Source: an uncultured delta proteobacterium
Lineage (GTDB): Bacteria > Myxococcota > UBA727 > VGSZ01
NCBI GenBank assembly: GCA_963775425.1
Contig: CAVZJB010000011.1
Coordinates: 320,001-384,000 of the forward strand
Direction: 5' to 3'
Length of the DNA stretch: 64,000 bases
Shown: positions 50,701 through 58,580 of the stretch, one piece after another
Layout: the number at the start of each line of letters is the position of its first letter
Numbering within the stretch: position 1 is the first letter of the stretch
Translations under genes and position numbers: made by a program
Notes under the pieces: model-generated
What the model was told of the DNA's origin: nothing
The model's input: the letters and a program-made list of their open reading frames with translations, nothing else
Database searches by the model: none

Positions 50701-50952
50701 CTCCGGGCCGGCGAGAGCGCCGGGCAGGTGAGCTTCCTCGATCGCGGGCCGCGGCCGGTGACGGCGCGGGTGTCGGACAAGGCGCCGGCGCGGTTCCTCG
50801 TCGTCGAGCGCGACATCTTCATGGACCTGCTCGCCGACCGTCCGGGCTTGATGCACGCGTTCTTCGGGGTGCTCGCGGCCCGGCTGCGGACGCTCATCGA
50901 GCGCGACGCGGCGGACCCCGCGGGCCGGCGGCGGGTGCCTACATCCGTATAG
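47752..50952 (+). CDS. Npt/TLC-like (MFS fold) transporter fused to HEAT repeats and a cyclic-nucleotide-binding domain
   Basis: About 12 transmembrane helices with YSL......LLYNPMP..LR; HEAT repeats; C-terminal LFEGL...DL...LYQEGESG..LYVIIEG.V...G.VSFLD.GPRPVTA. Confidence 0.85.
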   Translation: MRSLADGLSVALDVPRFIARPALRAALWHAVFVGAVTIIKSGTNALYLAREDPARLPLLYVAVAVVVLLVTSGLARLLARRSPAQVLTVGVIGAGVALIASTAAAAAGLPGAEAVVYVVGEAAATTGSVLFWARVMDAFAARDSKKVVGLVGAGGMSGAAVGGLLIRLIADSAGVVIPMIASAVAFMVALPLLRALRSRGERVGRSDAELLPAVRYLGGRGYPIAVATLVVLLAATGAATDFVFRTAVAHAHTETEMAALFGTLNAVVGVVVVFFQVSLTSRLLSRVGVFSFVAIVPTLLVATSVLAVALPGGGFSIIVVMKGIEMAGAYSLNQTAVSLLYNPMPGELRSQVRTLIDGAIKKSGAAGAGLVLGALAAFLPLLVGSWLVALAAGATLVLLPILRTRYLDALDDKLGQRKKIRPGPIDPSDKVTRTALRTLLLADDPERVLGALGALGPRYTLTTEEIATLVENKDERVRTAALKHVPVAPDDVLTARLLQIAKAHGPRRPRAEAVRALARLQGKNAPAVIGQFLDDDEPGVVAAALEVSLKAARDAEIELIKAGVTNDDEDTMTGALTANMRARHKLQSILVDLPQRSLAWRREIARLLGALDDARYDGFLAQLIGDDDATVRSLAIDAAGRERHAAHVPLLISHLGDRRVRVQAARALARYGEDGVEPLKAALDDRQLPLMVRIHVPRVLEAVGTESAARALLFSNPRDDAYLQQRIAASLVGIVAYEPGTPVDKKRTDEAIGRRLVASAAYDDARRELEADPTAGLSLLKHAVRDRCAQNLKIALDLLGIHRGLARMQTVHAGLVSGKESARHDAIELLDAALSGDPLREDFLSLLERTPRTTTIDDARKRALKLCRSKDPLLRGIARRTMRFLGDDSPEVSGTSPAVGPGAVELEGEDMPENLVERLFLLEHVDLFEGLSTDDLSAIASIATEHALPAGSPLYQEGESGTQLYVIIEGDVELTRAGRHVMKLRAGESAGQVSFLDRGPRPVTARVSDKAPARFLVVERDIFMDLLADRPGLMHAFFGVLAARLRTLIERDAADPAGRRRVPTSV

Positions 50953-51031
50953 ATGAGACGCGAGGGCCGTCGGGTTTCCCATCCGCGCGGACTTGTGCGA
51001 AACCAGTGTCAGCTTCCGAGGGTGACGGGCG

Positions 51032-51745
51032 ATGACGACAGCGCGCGAGAAGCTCTACGAGGAGATGGTGGTCATCGTGGCCACGCCCGCGGGCCCCGGC
51101 GCCGACGCCGAGATGCGCAAGCTCATGTCGCGCTATCGCGTGCAGACCAAGCCCGGCGTCGACATCCCCCCCGGCACCACCGCGCGCGACGCGCTCGGTG
51201 AGCGCCTGCTCGGCTTGTGGCGATCGCCGCAGCCGGACCTGAACGCCAAGATCGGCAGCGCCATCGACGAGTTCCGCATGCAGCTCAAGTCGTCGTCGTC
51301 GCCGCCGTCGAAGGTGCCGCAGCCGAGCGCCGCGCGCCCGCGGCCGCCCGGGATGGGCCCGCCGGTGCCCGCCGTCGAGGACGACGACGATCGCCGCGCT
51401 CCCGCGCCGTCCGCGCCGCCGCCGCGCAACGACGGCGCGCGCGCGCCCGTGGCCGCGCTCGGCGTCGGCGACCCTCCGCCGCCGGCGCCCGCCGCGCGCA
51501 GGCCCGGACGCGCCGTCGCCGAGCCCGTCGCCGGCGGTCCGCGCAAGCGAGGGCGCACACGCGGCGAGTGCCCGAAGTGTCACTCGATGGGCGTCGTCCT
51601 CGCGCGCAGCTACTCCGGTGACGAGTACTTCAGCTGCATCTACTGCGGCTGGCAGGCATACAAGCCCACCGAAGACGACGATCCCAACGCCTCTCTCGCC
51701 GTCCGCTTGCTCGGCCAGTCGCCCAGCGAGACCTCGCGCGACTGA
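51032..51745 (+). CDS. Hypothetical protein with Pro-rich linker and C-terminal zinc ribbon
   Basis: CPKC...CIYCG motif. Confidence 0.75.
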   Translation: MTTAREKLYEEMVVIVATPAGPGADAEMRKLMSRYRVQTKPGVDIPPGTTARDALGERLLGLWRSPQPDLNAKIGSAIDEFRMQLKSSSSPPSKVPQPSAARPRPPGMGPPVPAVEDDDDRRAPAPSAPPPRNDGARAPVAALGVGDPPPPAPAARRPGRAVAEPVAGGPRKRGRTRGECPKCHSMGVVLARSYSGDEYFSCIYCGWQAYKPTEDDDPNASLAVRLLGQSPSETSRD

Positions 51746-51791
51746 GCGCTCCCGACGTAGTCTCTGCTCGCACGACGACGAGGAGAGGCTC

Positions 51792-53210
51792 ATGGCTCGC
51801 GGAGGACGTCCGCTCACCGCCGAATCCCTGACGGAGGAGATCCGCTTCCTCCTCAAGACGCTGATGCGCGACGACCTCTTCGGCGAAGAGGTGTCGCTCA
51901 CCGAGGCCGAGAAGCTCCTCGAGAGCTCGCTGTCCGTGGGCTTCGTCGAGTACTGCGCGTTCCTCAAGCGCCACGCCTACGTCGACATCGACCGCGGCCG
52001 AAACACCATCGCCGCGCTGCCGCGCGGAAAGAACGTCGCCGAGGGCGGCAGCGATCCCTCGCTCACGCCCACGCTCGCGGCGCACTTCAGCAAGCAGCTC
52101 GACGGCGCCAAGATGCACGTCCTCGTGGCGCGAGACGAGCCGCGCGTGGTCGCCGTCTCCGAGGGGCGCTCCGATCACGCGCGCTCGGAGCGCTCCGTGC
52201 CCAAGCCGGCGTCGGCCGGCATCGTCCCCGGCCAGCAGCCCGTGTCCATCGCGCTCGACGCCATCGCGGTCGAGCGCTACCCGCTCGGCGAGGCCATCGG
52301 GCAGGGGAGCCTGGGCCCCGTGTATCGCGCCCGCGACAGCGTCCTCGAGCGCAACGTCGTCGTGAAGGAGGTGCGGCACATCTACGAGCTGGTGACGTAC
52401 CTGCCGCGTGAGGAGCTCAGCAAGCGCGTGCGCGACGCGGTCATGGCGCAGGCCAAGCTCGATCACCCGCACATCCTGCGCGTCCTCGACGTCAACTTCG
52501 TCGGCGACTACCCGACCATCACGCTCGAGCGCGCCGTCGGCGGCTCGCTGCGCGACCGCATGACGCGCGGGCCGCTGCCGGTGCCCGTGGTGCTTCGACT
52601 CATCTTGCAGGCGAGCTACGGCCTGCACCACGCGCACCGCCACGGCGTCATCCACGCGGGCATCAAGCCGGAGAACGTGCTGTTCGACGCCGCCGGCAAC
52701 GTGCGCCTCGCGGACTTCGGGCTCGCGCGCGCCGCGGAGCGCTTGTCCGACGACACCACCAGCGCACCGCCGGTCTACATCGGCAACGGCAACCCGAGCT
52801 ACATGGCGCCGGAGCAGCTCCACCGCGCCCAGGTCGGCAAGGCCGCCGACGTCTACGCGCTCGGCATCCTGTTGTACGAGCTGTTGACGGAGACGCTGCC
52901 CGGCCGCCGCTCGCCGATGCCGTCGTTGACGCCGCGGGTCGCGGAGGCGCTCGGCGGCCCCGGCTCCCGCGCCGTCGACGACCTCTTCGACAGGATGACC
53001 CGCGACCCCGTCTCGGAGCGCTTCCCTGACTTCGACGAGGTCCTCGCGGCGCTCTACGCCTGTCTGCCCGAGGGCGGCAGCCTCGGCCGCGGCACGCTCT
53101 TGCTCTACGAGGAGGACCCGATGCCGCCCGGTCCGCTCTCCGCCGAGGGCGAGGCCGTCCAGGAGGTCACCGCCACCGACGGCGAGATGCCGCCGGGGGC
53201 GTCGGCGTAG
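51792..53210 (+). CDS. Cytoplasmic Ser/Thr kinase-like protein (probable pseudokinase) with an N-terminal domain of about 100 aa
   Basis: GQGSLG, VVVKE, DFG and YMAPEQ motifs, but the catalytic loop reads HAGIKPEN; AGGAG ribosome binding site. Confidence 0.85.
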   Translation: MARGGRPLTAESLTEEIRFLLKTLMRDDLFGEEVSLTEAEKLLESSLSVGFVEYCAFLKRHAYVDIDRGRNTIAALPRGKNVAEGGSDPSLTPTLAAHFSKQLDGAKMHVLVARDEPRVVAVSEGRSDHARSERSVPKPASAGIVPGQQPVSIALDAIAVERYPLGEAIGQGSLGPVYRARDSVLERNVVVKEVRHIYELVTYLPREELSKRVRDAVMAQAKLDHPHILRVLDVNFVGDYPTITLERAVGGSLRDRMTRGPLPVPVVLRLILQASYGLHHAHRHGVIHAGIKPENVLFDAAGNVRLADFGLARAAERLSDDTTSAPPVYIGNGNPSYMAPEQLHRAQVGKAADVYALGILLYELLTETLPGRRSPMPSLTPRVAEALGGPGSRAVDDLFDRMTRDPVSERFPDFDEVLAALYACLPEGGSLGRGTLLLYEEDPMPPGPLSAEGEAVQEVTATDGEMPPGASA

Positions 53211-53215
53211 CCTCG

Positions 53216-54232
53216 CTACGGCACGATGAGCCCCGCGCCGACCGACGCGTTGAGCGTCGCCTGGTCGAGCGTCACGGTCTGTCCGCCGTCGATGATGTTT
53301 CCATCGGTGTCGATCTCGCTCATGCGCACGCCCGTGAGCTCCATGCGCGCGCGGCCGTGGGGATCGTCCGTGACCGGGTTGTCCGTGCGCACGGCGCCTG
53401 CCACCGCGACGAAGCTGCGCGTGTTCACGCGCGCCGCGGTGTCGACCTCGTCGAGGTAGACGTCGACGGGCCCGCCGGCGAGGGGCACGTCGGTGCCCAC
53501 GGCGACGGACTCGGGCACGGCGAAGAGGAACTGCCACGCGAGGGCGCCCGATGCGCACCGATCCGACGAGCCCATGAACCACGTCGGCCCGTCTGAGAGA
53601 GGCCGGATCTCGCCGTCAACGAGGCCGATGTACCGCACGGGTTGCTCACCGGCGACCGTGAAGGTGCCGATGACGGAGCCCGCCGCGGGATCGCCGTCGT
53701 CGATGTTCGACTGGGGGAGTTGACGGTCCACCGTCGCCGTCATGTCGATGGAGACCACCTTGTCGTCCTCGTCGCAGTCGGAGGTATAGGTGGCCTCAGG
53801 GACGCGCACGTGGACGGTGGCGCCCTCGTCGAGAGACCCTTCGACGACCTCCACCGTCGCTGCGAGCGCGCGGTAGTCCTCCTTGTCGAACAGCACGGTG
53901 ACGTCCGGCGTGCCGTAGGGCACGGCCGGCGCGCTCCCCTTCACGAGATCGTCGAAGTCGATGAAGACCGCGATGTCCGGGTCGTCCACGTAGGCGCTCA
54001 TCACGAGCTTCTTCCCGGGGACATACTCGTCGGCGCTGGCGTCCGTCGAGGCCGCAAGACGCACGAGATCCCAGGTCTGACCGTCGACGGTGATGGTGCC
54101 TTCCGCCGGCGACGATCCGTCGGCCGGCTTCTGGTCTTGCTGGTTTTTCGGCGGCGCGCACGCCCCGGCGATGCACACGCACGCGGCGATGACGCAACGG
54201 CCAGTCATGCCGAACCCTGGTAGCGCTTTCAC
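53216..54232 (-). CDS. Hypothetical acidic beta-rich lipoprotein
   Basis: GGAGG 7 nt before GTG 54232; lipobox AGAC; alternative start ATG 54208. Confidence 0.72.
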   Translation of the reverse strand: MKALPGFGMTGRCVIAACVCIAGACAPPKNQQDQKPADGSSPAEGTITVDGQTWDLVRLAASTDASADEYVPGKKLVMSAYVDDPDIAVFIDFDDLVKGSAPAVPYGTPDVTVLFDKEDYRALAATVEVVEGSLDEGATVHVRVPEATYTSDCDEDDKVVSIDMTATVDRQLPQSNIDDGDPAAGSVIGTFTVAGEQPVRYIGLVDGEIRPLSDGPTWFMGSSDRCASGALAWQFLFAVPESVAVGTDVPLAGGPVDVYLDEVDTAARVNTRSFVAVAGAVRTDNPVTDDPHGRARMELTGVRMSEIDTDGNIIDGGQTVTLDQATLNASVGAGLIVP

Positions 54233-54278
54233 ACCCTCACCTCCCGATCGCTCGCTGGAGCGCGACCAGCGCTGTGCT

Positions 54279-54294
54279 TGCATTCCAAGTGCCA
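54279..54294 (-). promoter_or_regulatory. Candidate sigma54 (-24/-12) promoter
   Basis: Minus strand TGGCAC-TTGGA-ATGCA gives GG-N10-GC spacing, about 47 nt upstream of the lipoprotein start. Confidence 0.55.
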
Positions 54295-54428
54295 TATGCG
54301 CGGTTGCCGGCACCGCGCTGCTCGGGGCGACGCTTCGGGGAGGAGCGGTGCGAAGACACCCGTGACGCCGCGCCTTCCGGCGCTCGATGCGCGGGGGAAC
54401 GCGAGCCTCCGTGCCGTCGCGAGCGCCG

Positions 54429-57400
54429 CTATTGGACGTTCGTGGTCATGTCGTAGAAGTTGTCGCCATCGTCGAGGAACTCGTGGACCTCGACGAAGTA
54501 GTCGCCGGCCGTCGTCACCGCGAAGTCGATGTCCTCGGTGCCGTCGGTGCCGAGGCTGCTCGCGACCTGCGTGCTGCTGCCGGGGCCGTACAGGCGGATG
54601 TCGATGTCCTTGTCGCTCGAGTGCACGTAGTCGACATGCACCACCACGTGTTTTCCGGCCGCCACCGACTTCAAGACGAAGAAGTCGTGGTCCCCGGGGC
54701 AGATGCGCATGTTCGCGAACGACTCCGGCGACGTGGTGGACAGCTCCGTGGCCTCGGTGGTGACGTCGTCGTTTCGGAACGTTTCGTCGGTGGTGGTGGA
54801 GGTGGTGGCGCTCCACGTGTCGAAGCGATCGTTCACGCACGACGATGCCGGTGGGTCGTCGAGGGTGATGCCGATGCCGTAGGGCTCCGGCGTGCTGCGG
54901 AAGCCCTCGGCCATGATGAGGTACGTCCCCGCCTGGTTGATCATCCCCGACACGCGGTCCTGCTTGTTGGTGGCGAACGAGCGGGCGAGCGTGCGCGTGA
55001 GTCCCGACGTGCCCTTGGGCTCGAGCACGCCCACGTCGACGTCGTCGGCGGGATCGAACGCGAGCTGCACGGTGACGAGCTTGTCCGCCGGCAGCGCCAC
55101 CGAGAACCAATCCTGATCGAACTGGGCGCACGACATCAAGGCGCCCACCTCGTAGCTGCCGTCCTGAAGACCGGTGGCGTCGAGGGCGAACGCATCCACG
55201 GCGCGCTCGTTGGGGTCGGCGCCGTCGTCGACGCAGCGGCCGTCGCCGGGGGTGATGGAGGGCGTGAGCGTGTAGGCGATGCGGTCCGCGCTTCCACCGG
55301 TGACGCGCAGCGCGTAGCGGCCCGCGGGGAGCCCCGAGGCCTGGATGCGCCGGTTGCCGCCGCTCGCGGTGTCGTTGCGCGCGACGCTGCCGTCGGTGGC
55401 CGACACCAGCGAGAACGTCAGGCCGTCCCCCGCGAGCACGGCGTCGAGGGAGTCGCCGCTTTGCAGCTTCAACAGGTAGAAGTCGTCGTCGCCGGGGCAG
55501 CGCACCGCCGACAGCGCGTTTCCGCCGATGGGCGTGGCGCGCGACACGGCGTTGTTGTCCTCGAAGCCGTCGTCGGGCGAGCAGCCCTGCAGCGTGGCCT
55601 CCATGGTGTACGTGTTGAGCGCGCCGGAGAAGCCGAAGATCTCCGCGGTGTACGTGCCGGCGTCGAGCTGCCGCACGATGATCTCGTCGTCGGTGACGCT
55701 CACCGACGACGTGACGGTGCCGCCGGCGGCGTCCACGAGGCGCATGTCGAGGTCGCCGTTCGCGTGGGTGAAGCGCGCGTGGACCGTCACCGTCGACTGA
55801 AACGGCAGCGTGAACGTGAAGAAGTCGGTGTCGTCGGCGCAGACGCGGCCCGCGAGCGGCGTGCCGTCGAGCCCCAGCGTGCGCGGGGCCGCCAGCGAAT
55901 CCGGCTCGATGCCGCCCTCGTCGCACGGATCGGGCACCGGCTCCGGCGTGAGCGTGACACGCACGGTGTAGCTGGTCTGCGTCGACGCGCTCGAGCCTTG
56001 CACGACGACGCGGTAGCCGCCCGCGACGAGGTCGGGGGCGCTCATCGTGGTGCCGGTGGCGATCTGCGCGCCGTCCGACGCGCGCACGAGCCGGGCCGTG
56101 ACGTTCGACCCCGTCACCGTGATGGCCGCGTCGTCGAGGGCGGCGGCGGCGAAGCGGAACTGGTCGACGTCGCCGGGGCAGATGGTGCCGCTCGCGGGCG
56201 TGCCGGGCTGAAGCGACAGCGCCTGGGCGTCGGTGTCGTTGGGCTCCGCGTCGGTCTGGTTGCACACGGGCGGCGACGCCGTGGCGTTCACCCGCACCGA
56301 GTACGTGATGTCGCCGCCGGTGGCGGAGACGCGGGCGAAGTACGCGCCCGCCGTGACGCCTGCGAGCGTGGCCGGCTGGCCTGCCGCGGGCGCGGTGGCG
56401 AGGACGTTGCCGTTTGCGTCGAGGAGCGAGAGCGCCAGCGTGCCGGCGCCGTCGCCGGGGACCACCGCCGCTTCGACGTTGTCGCCGGCGGCGGCGGTGA
56501 AGCGGAAGAGGTCGACGTCGGTGCCGCAGATGGCGCCGGAGTGCAGCGCGTCGTCGGCGGCGATGGAGACGGCGGCGCCGGTGGTGTCGTTGGGCTCGGC
56601 GTCGAGCTGCGTGCACGTGCTCGGCGCGCTGACGTCGACTGAGAGCAGGTAGTCGGCGTTGGCGTCGGCACCGTCGCCGCGGACGATGAGGCGGTACTGG
56701 GCCTGGGCGAGATCGGGCGCGGTGAGCGAGAGCGTGTCGTCGTTCACGGGAGTGGCGGTGGCGATGACGCCGCCGCCGGGGCCCTCGAGGACGAGCGTCA
56801 GCGGGCCGGCGCCCTGGACGGTGAGCGTGGCGACGACGGTCCCCGCGGCGTCGACGAGGAACTCGTCGATGTCGCCGGGGCAGATGGCGCCCTCGTGCGC
56901 GCCGCCGGAGGCGATGGGCAGGGCGTCGAGCCCGTCGTTGGGCTCGCTGGCGTCGTCGTCGGTGCAGCCGGCGACGCAGGTGTTGGTGGTGGTGTCGCAA
57001 ACGCCGCTCGCGCAGTTGGCGGGCCCAAGGCACTCGACGCAGACGCCGCGGCCGGGATCGCAGACGCCGTCGATGCAGTCGTCGTCGGTGGCGCAGCTCT
57101 GGGTGGTGGTGCAGGTGGAGGTGGCCTGGTTGCACAGGGCGCCGCCGGCGCAGTCGCCGTCGCTCAAGCACTCGACGCAGCCGCCCTTGATGGTGTCGCA
57201 GTGCTGGCCGCCGCTGCAGTCGCCGTCGGTGGAGCAGCCCTGCACGGGATCGACGCAGTCGTGGGAGAACGCGTTGCAGACCTTGCCCGGGTCGCAGTCG
57301 TCGCTGGTGAGGCAGTCGACGCAGCGCCCGCTCTCCTCGTCGCACAAGCCCTGGAGGCAGCCGCTGCCCGCCGTGCACGGCGCGACGCAGGCGCCGTCCT

Positions 57401-57551
57401 GGCAGACGTCGGGAGCCGCGCAGGGCTGGTTGACGTCGTCGCACGCCTTCCCGTCACCGGGCTGGACGTTGGAGGGGTCGCAGGCGGCGACGACGATCCC
57501 GAGGAGGGCGGCGGCGCAGACGGAGAGGGCGAGGCGTGCGGAGTCGATCAC
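54429..57551 (-). CDS. Large Cys-rich lipoprotein with about seven PPC-like (pre-peptidase C-terminal) repeats
   Basis: Lipobox VAAC; CVECL..DC repeats; seven C..D..EPND...ICPGD.D.F modules; DLDMRL/DIDIRLY motifs; the start may be 57584. Confidence 0.85.
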   Translation of the reverse strand: MIDSARLALSVCAAALLGIVVAACDPSNVQPGDGKACDDVNQPCAAPDVCQDGACVAPCTAGSGCLQGLCDEESGRCVDCLTSDDCDPGKVCNAFSHDCVDPVQGCSTDGDCSGGQHCDTIKGGCVECLSDGDCAGGALCNQATSTCTTTQSCATDDDCIDGVCDPGRGVCVECLGPANCASGVCDTTTNTCVAGCTDDDASEPNDGLDALPIASGGAHEGAICPGDIDEFLVDAAGTVVATLTVQGAGPLTLVLEGPGGGVIATATPVNDDTLSLTAPDLAQAQYRLIVRGDGADANADYLLSVDVSAPSTCTQLDAEPNDTTGAAVSIAADDALHSGAICGTDVDLFRFTAAAGDNVEAAVVPGDGAGTLALSLLDANGNVLATAPAAGQPATLAGVTAGAYFARVSATGGDITYSVRVNATASPPVCNQTDAEPNDTDAQALSLQPGTPASGTICPGDVDQFRFAAAALDDAAITVTGSNVTARLVRASDGAQIATGTTMSAPDLVAGGYRVVVQGSSASTQTSYTVRVTLTPEPVPDPCDEGGIEPDSLAAPRTLGLDGTPLAGRVCADDTDFFTFTLPFQSTVTVHARFTHANGDLDMRLVDAAGGTVTSSVSVTDDEIIVRQLDAGTYTAEIFGFSGALNTYTMEATLQGCSPDDGFEDNNAVSRATPIGGNALSAVRCPGDDDFYLLKLQSGDSLDAVLAGDGLTFSLVSATDGSVARNDTASGGNRRIQASGLPAGRYALRVTGGSADRIAYTLTPSITPGDGRCVDDGADPNERAVDAFALDATGLQDGSYEVGALMSCAQFDQDWFSVALPADKLVTVQLAFDPADDVDVGVLEPKGTSGLTRTLARSFATNKQDRVSGMINQAGTYLIMAEGFRSTPEPYGIGITLDDPPASSCVNDRFDTWSATTSTTTDETFRNDDVTTEATELSTTSPESFANMRICPGDHDFFVLKSVAAGKHVVVHVDYVHSSDKDIDIRLYGPGSSTQVASSLGTDGTEDIDFAVTTAGDYFVEVHEFLDDGDNFYDMTTNVQ

Positions 57552-57614
57552 CGCCGCATTCGACCGCGCGCGGAGGCCGGCCACCCTCGGTAGAAGATCC
57601 GACCCCGTCGACGG

Positions 57615-57760
57615 GCTGATCAGCGACCGGAGGGAGCGGCCGCGCTGATCAGCGACCGGAGGGAGCGGCCGCGCTGATCAGCGACCGGAGGGAGCCGGCC
57701 GCGCTGATCAGCGACCGGAGGGAGCGGCCGCGCTGATCAGCGACCGGAGGCAGCGGCCGC
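57615..57760. repeat. Five tandem copies of a 29-bp unit GCTGATCAGCGACCGGAGGGAGCGGCCGC
   Basis: Units start at 57615, 57644, 57673 (one extra C), 57703 and 57732 (one mismatch); no spacers. Confidence 0.95.
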
Positions 57761-58480
57761 CACGAGGGCGGCGTAGATGGCGCGCTGGGCGGGCTCGCGC
57801 ATGGCCTCGGGGTGCCACTGGACCGCGACGAAGAACCGCAGCTTCGGATCCTCGAAGGCCTCGACGACGCCGTCGGCGGCGCGCGCGCTCTCGACGAGGC
57901 CGGGCGCGAGCGCCTTCACGGCCTGGTGGTGCGTGCTGTTGACCGGCAGCCGGTCGGGCCCGCCGGCGGCGGAGACCAGCGCGCGCAGGCGCGTGCCGGG
58001 GCTGAGCGCGACGTCGTGGCAGGGCTCGTCCTTCCGGCCCTTCTGGCTGTGACCGGCGTTGTCCGGCTTTTGCGCGTCGAGGTCCTGCCACAGCGTGCCG
58101 CCGCGGACGACGTTCATGAGCTGCATGCCGCCGCACACGCCGAGCACCGGGATGCCCTTGTTCTCCGCGCGCACGAGCAGGCCCCACTCGAGCGCGGTGC
58201 GCTCCGGCAGGAGCTTGCCGAGCGCTTCGTGCGGCTGCTCGCCGTAGTGCGCCGGGTCGACGTCGAAGTCGCCGCCCGGGAGCACGAGCGCGTCCGCGAG
58301 CGCCACGAGCTGATCGAGCGCGCCCGCGTCGTCGACGATGGGCGGGATGAGCGGGAGCCCGCCGGCCTCGAGGATGGCGTCGGCGTACTCGCGCTGGCTC
58401 ACCAGACGCGGCTGCGGACCGCGCCTGGTCTCCTGGGTCTCGAGGTCGGGCGGCAGAAGGACGACGGGGCGGCGGCTCAC
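57737..58480 (-). CDS. Gamma-glutamyl-gamma-aminobutyrate hydrolase family (peptidase C26, PuuD-like)
   Basis: LPGG.FDVDP..YG, LGVCGGMQLMNV, VNSTHHQAV and VQWHPE motifs. Confidence 0.93.
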   Translation of the reverse strand: MSRRPVVLLPPDLETQETRRGPQPRLVSQREYADAILEAGGLPLIPPIVDDAGALDQLVALADALVLPGGDFDVDPAHYGEQPHEALGKLLPERTALEWGLLVRAENKGIPVLGVCGGMQLMNVVRGGTLWQDLDAQKPDNAGHSQKGRKDEPCHDVALSPGTRLRALVSAAGGPDRLPVNSTHHQAVKALAPGLVESARAADGVVEAFEDPKLRFFVAVQWHPEAMREPAQRAIYAALVAAAASGR

Positions 58481-58580
58481 GCGCCGAATCTATCCCCGCG
58501 GCGCGGGCGCCGTCACCGTCCTCGCCGCCCGCCGCGCTCCGGCAAACGACGCGGCCGAGCGCTTCGACTATCGTCGCGCG

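Noticed and set aside
45478-50982. 1834-aa minus-strand ORF and the many other long overlapping ORFs (e.g. 10839-15263, 3376-6162, 7148-9856)
   Set aside because: These are shadow frames of real genes in very GC-rich DNA: Arg/Ala/Gly-rich, without motifs, and antisense or off-frame to motif-bearing CDSs
57615-57760. CRISPR array (29-bp palindromic repeats)
   Set aside because: The repeats are head-to-tail with no unique spacers, there are no cas genes in the window, and the last unit is coding sequence
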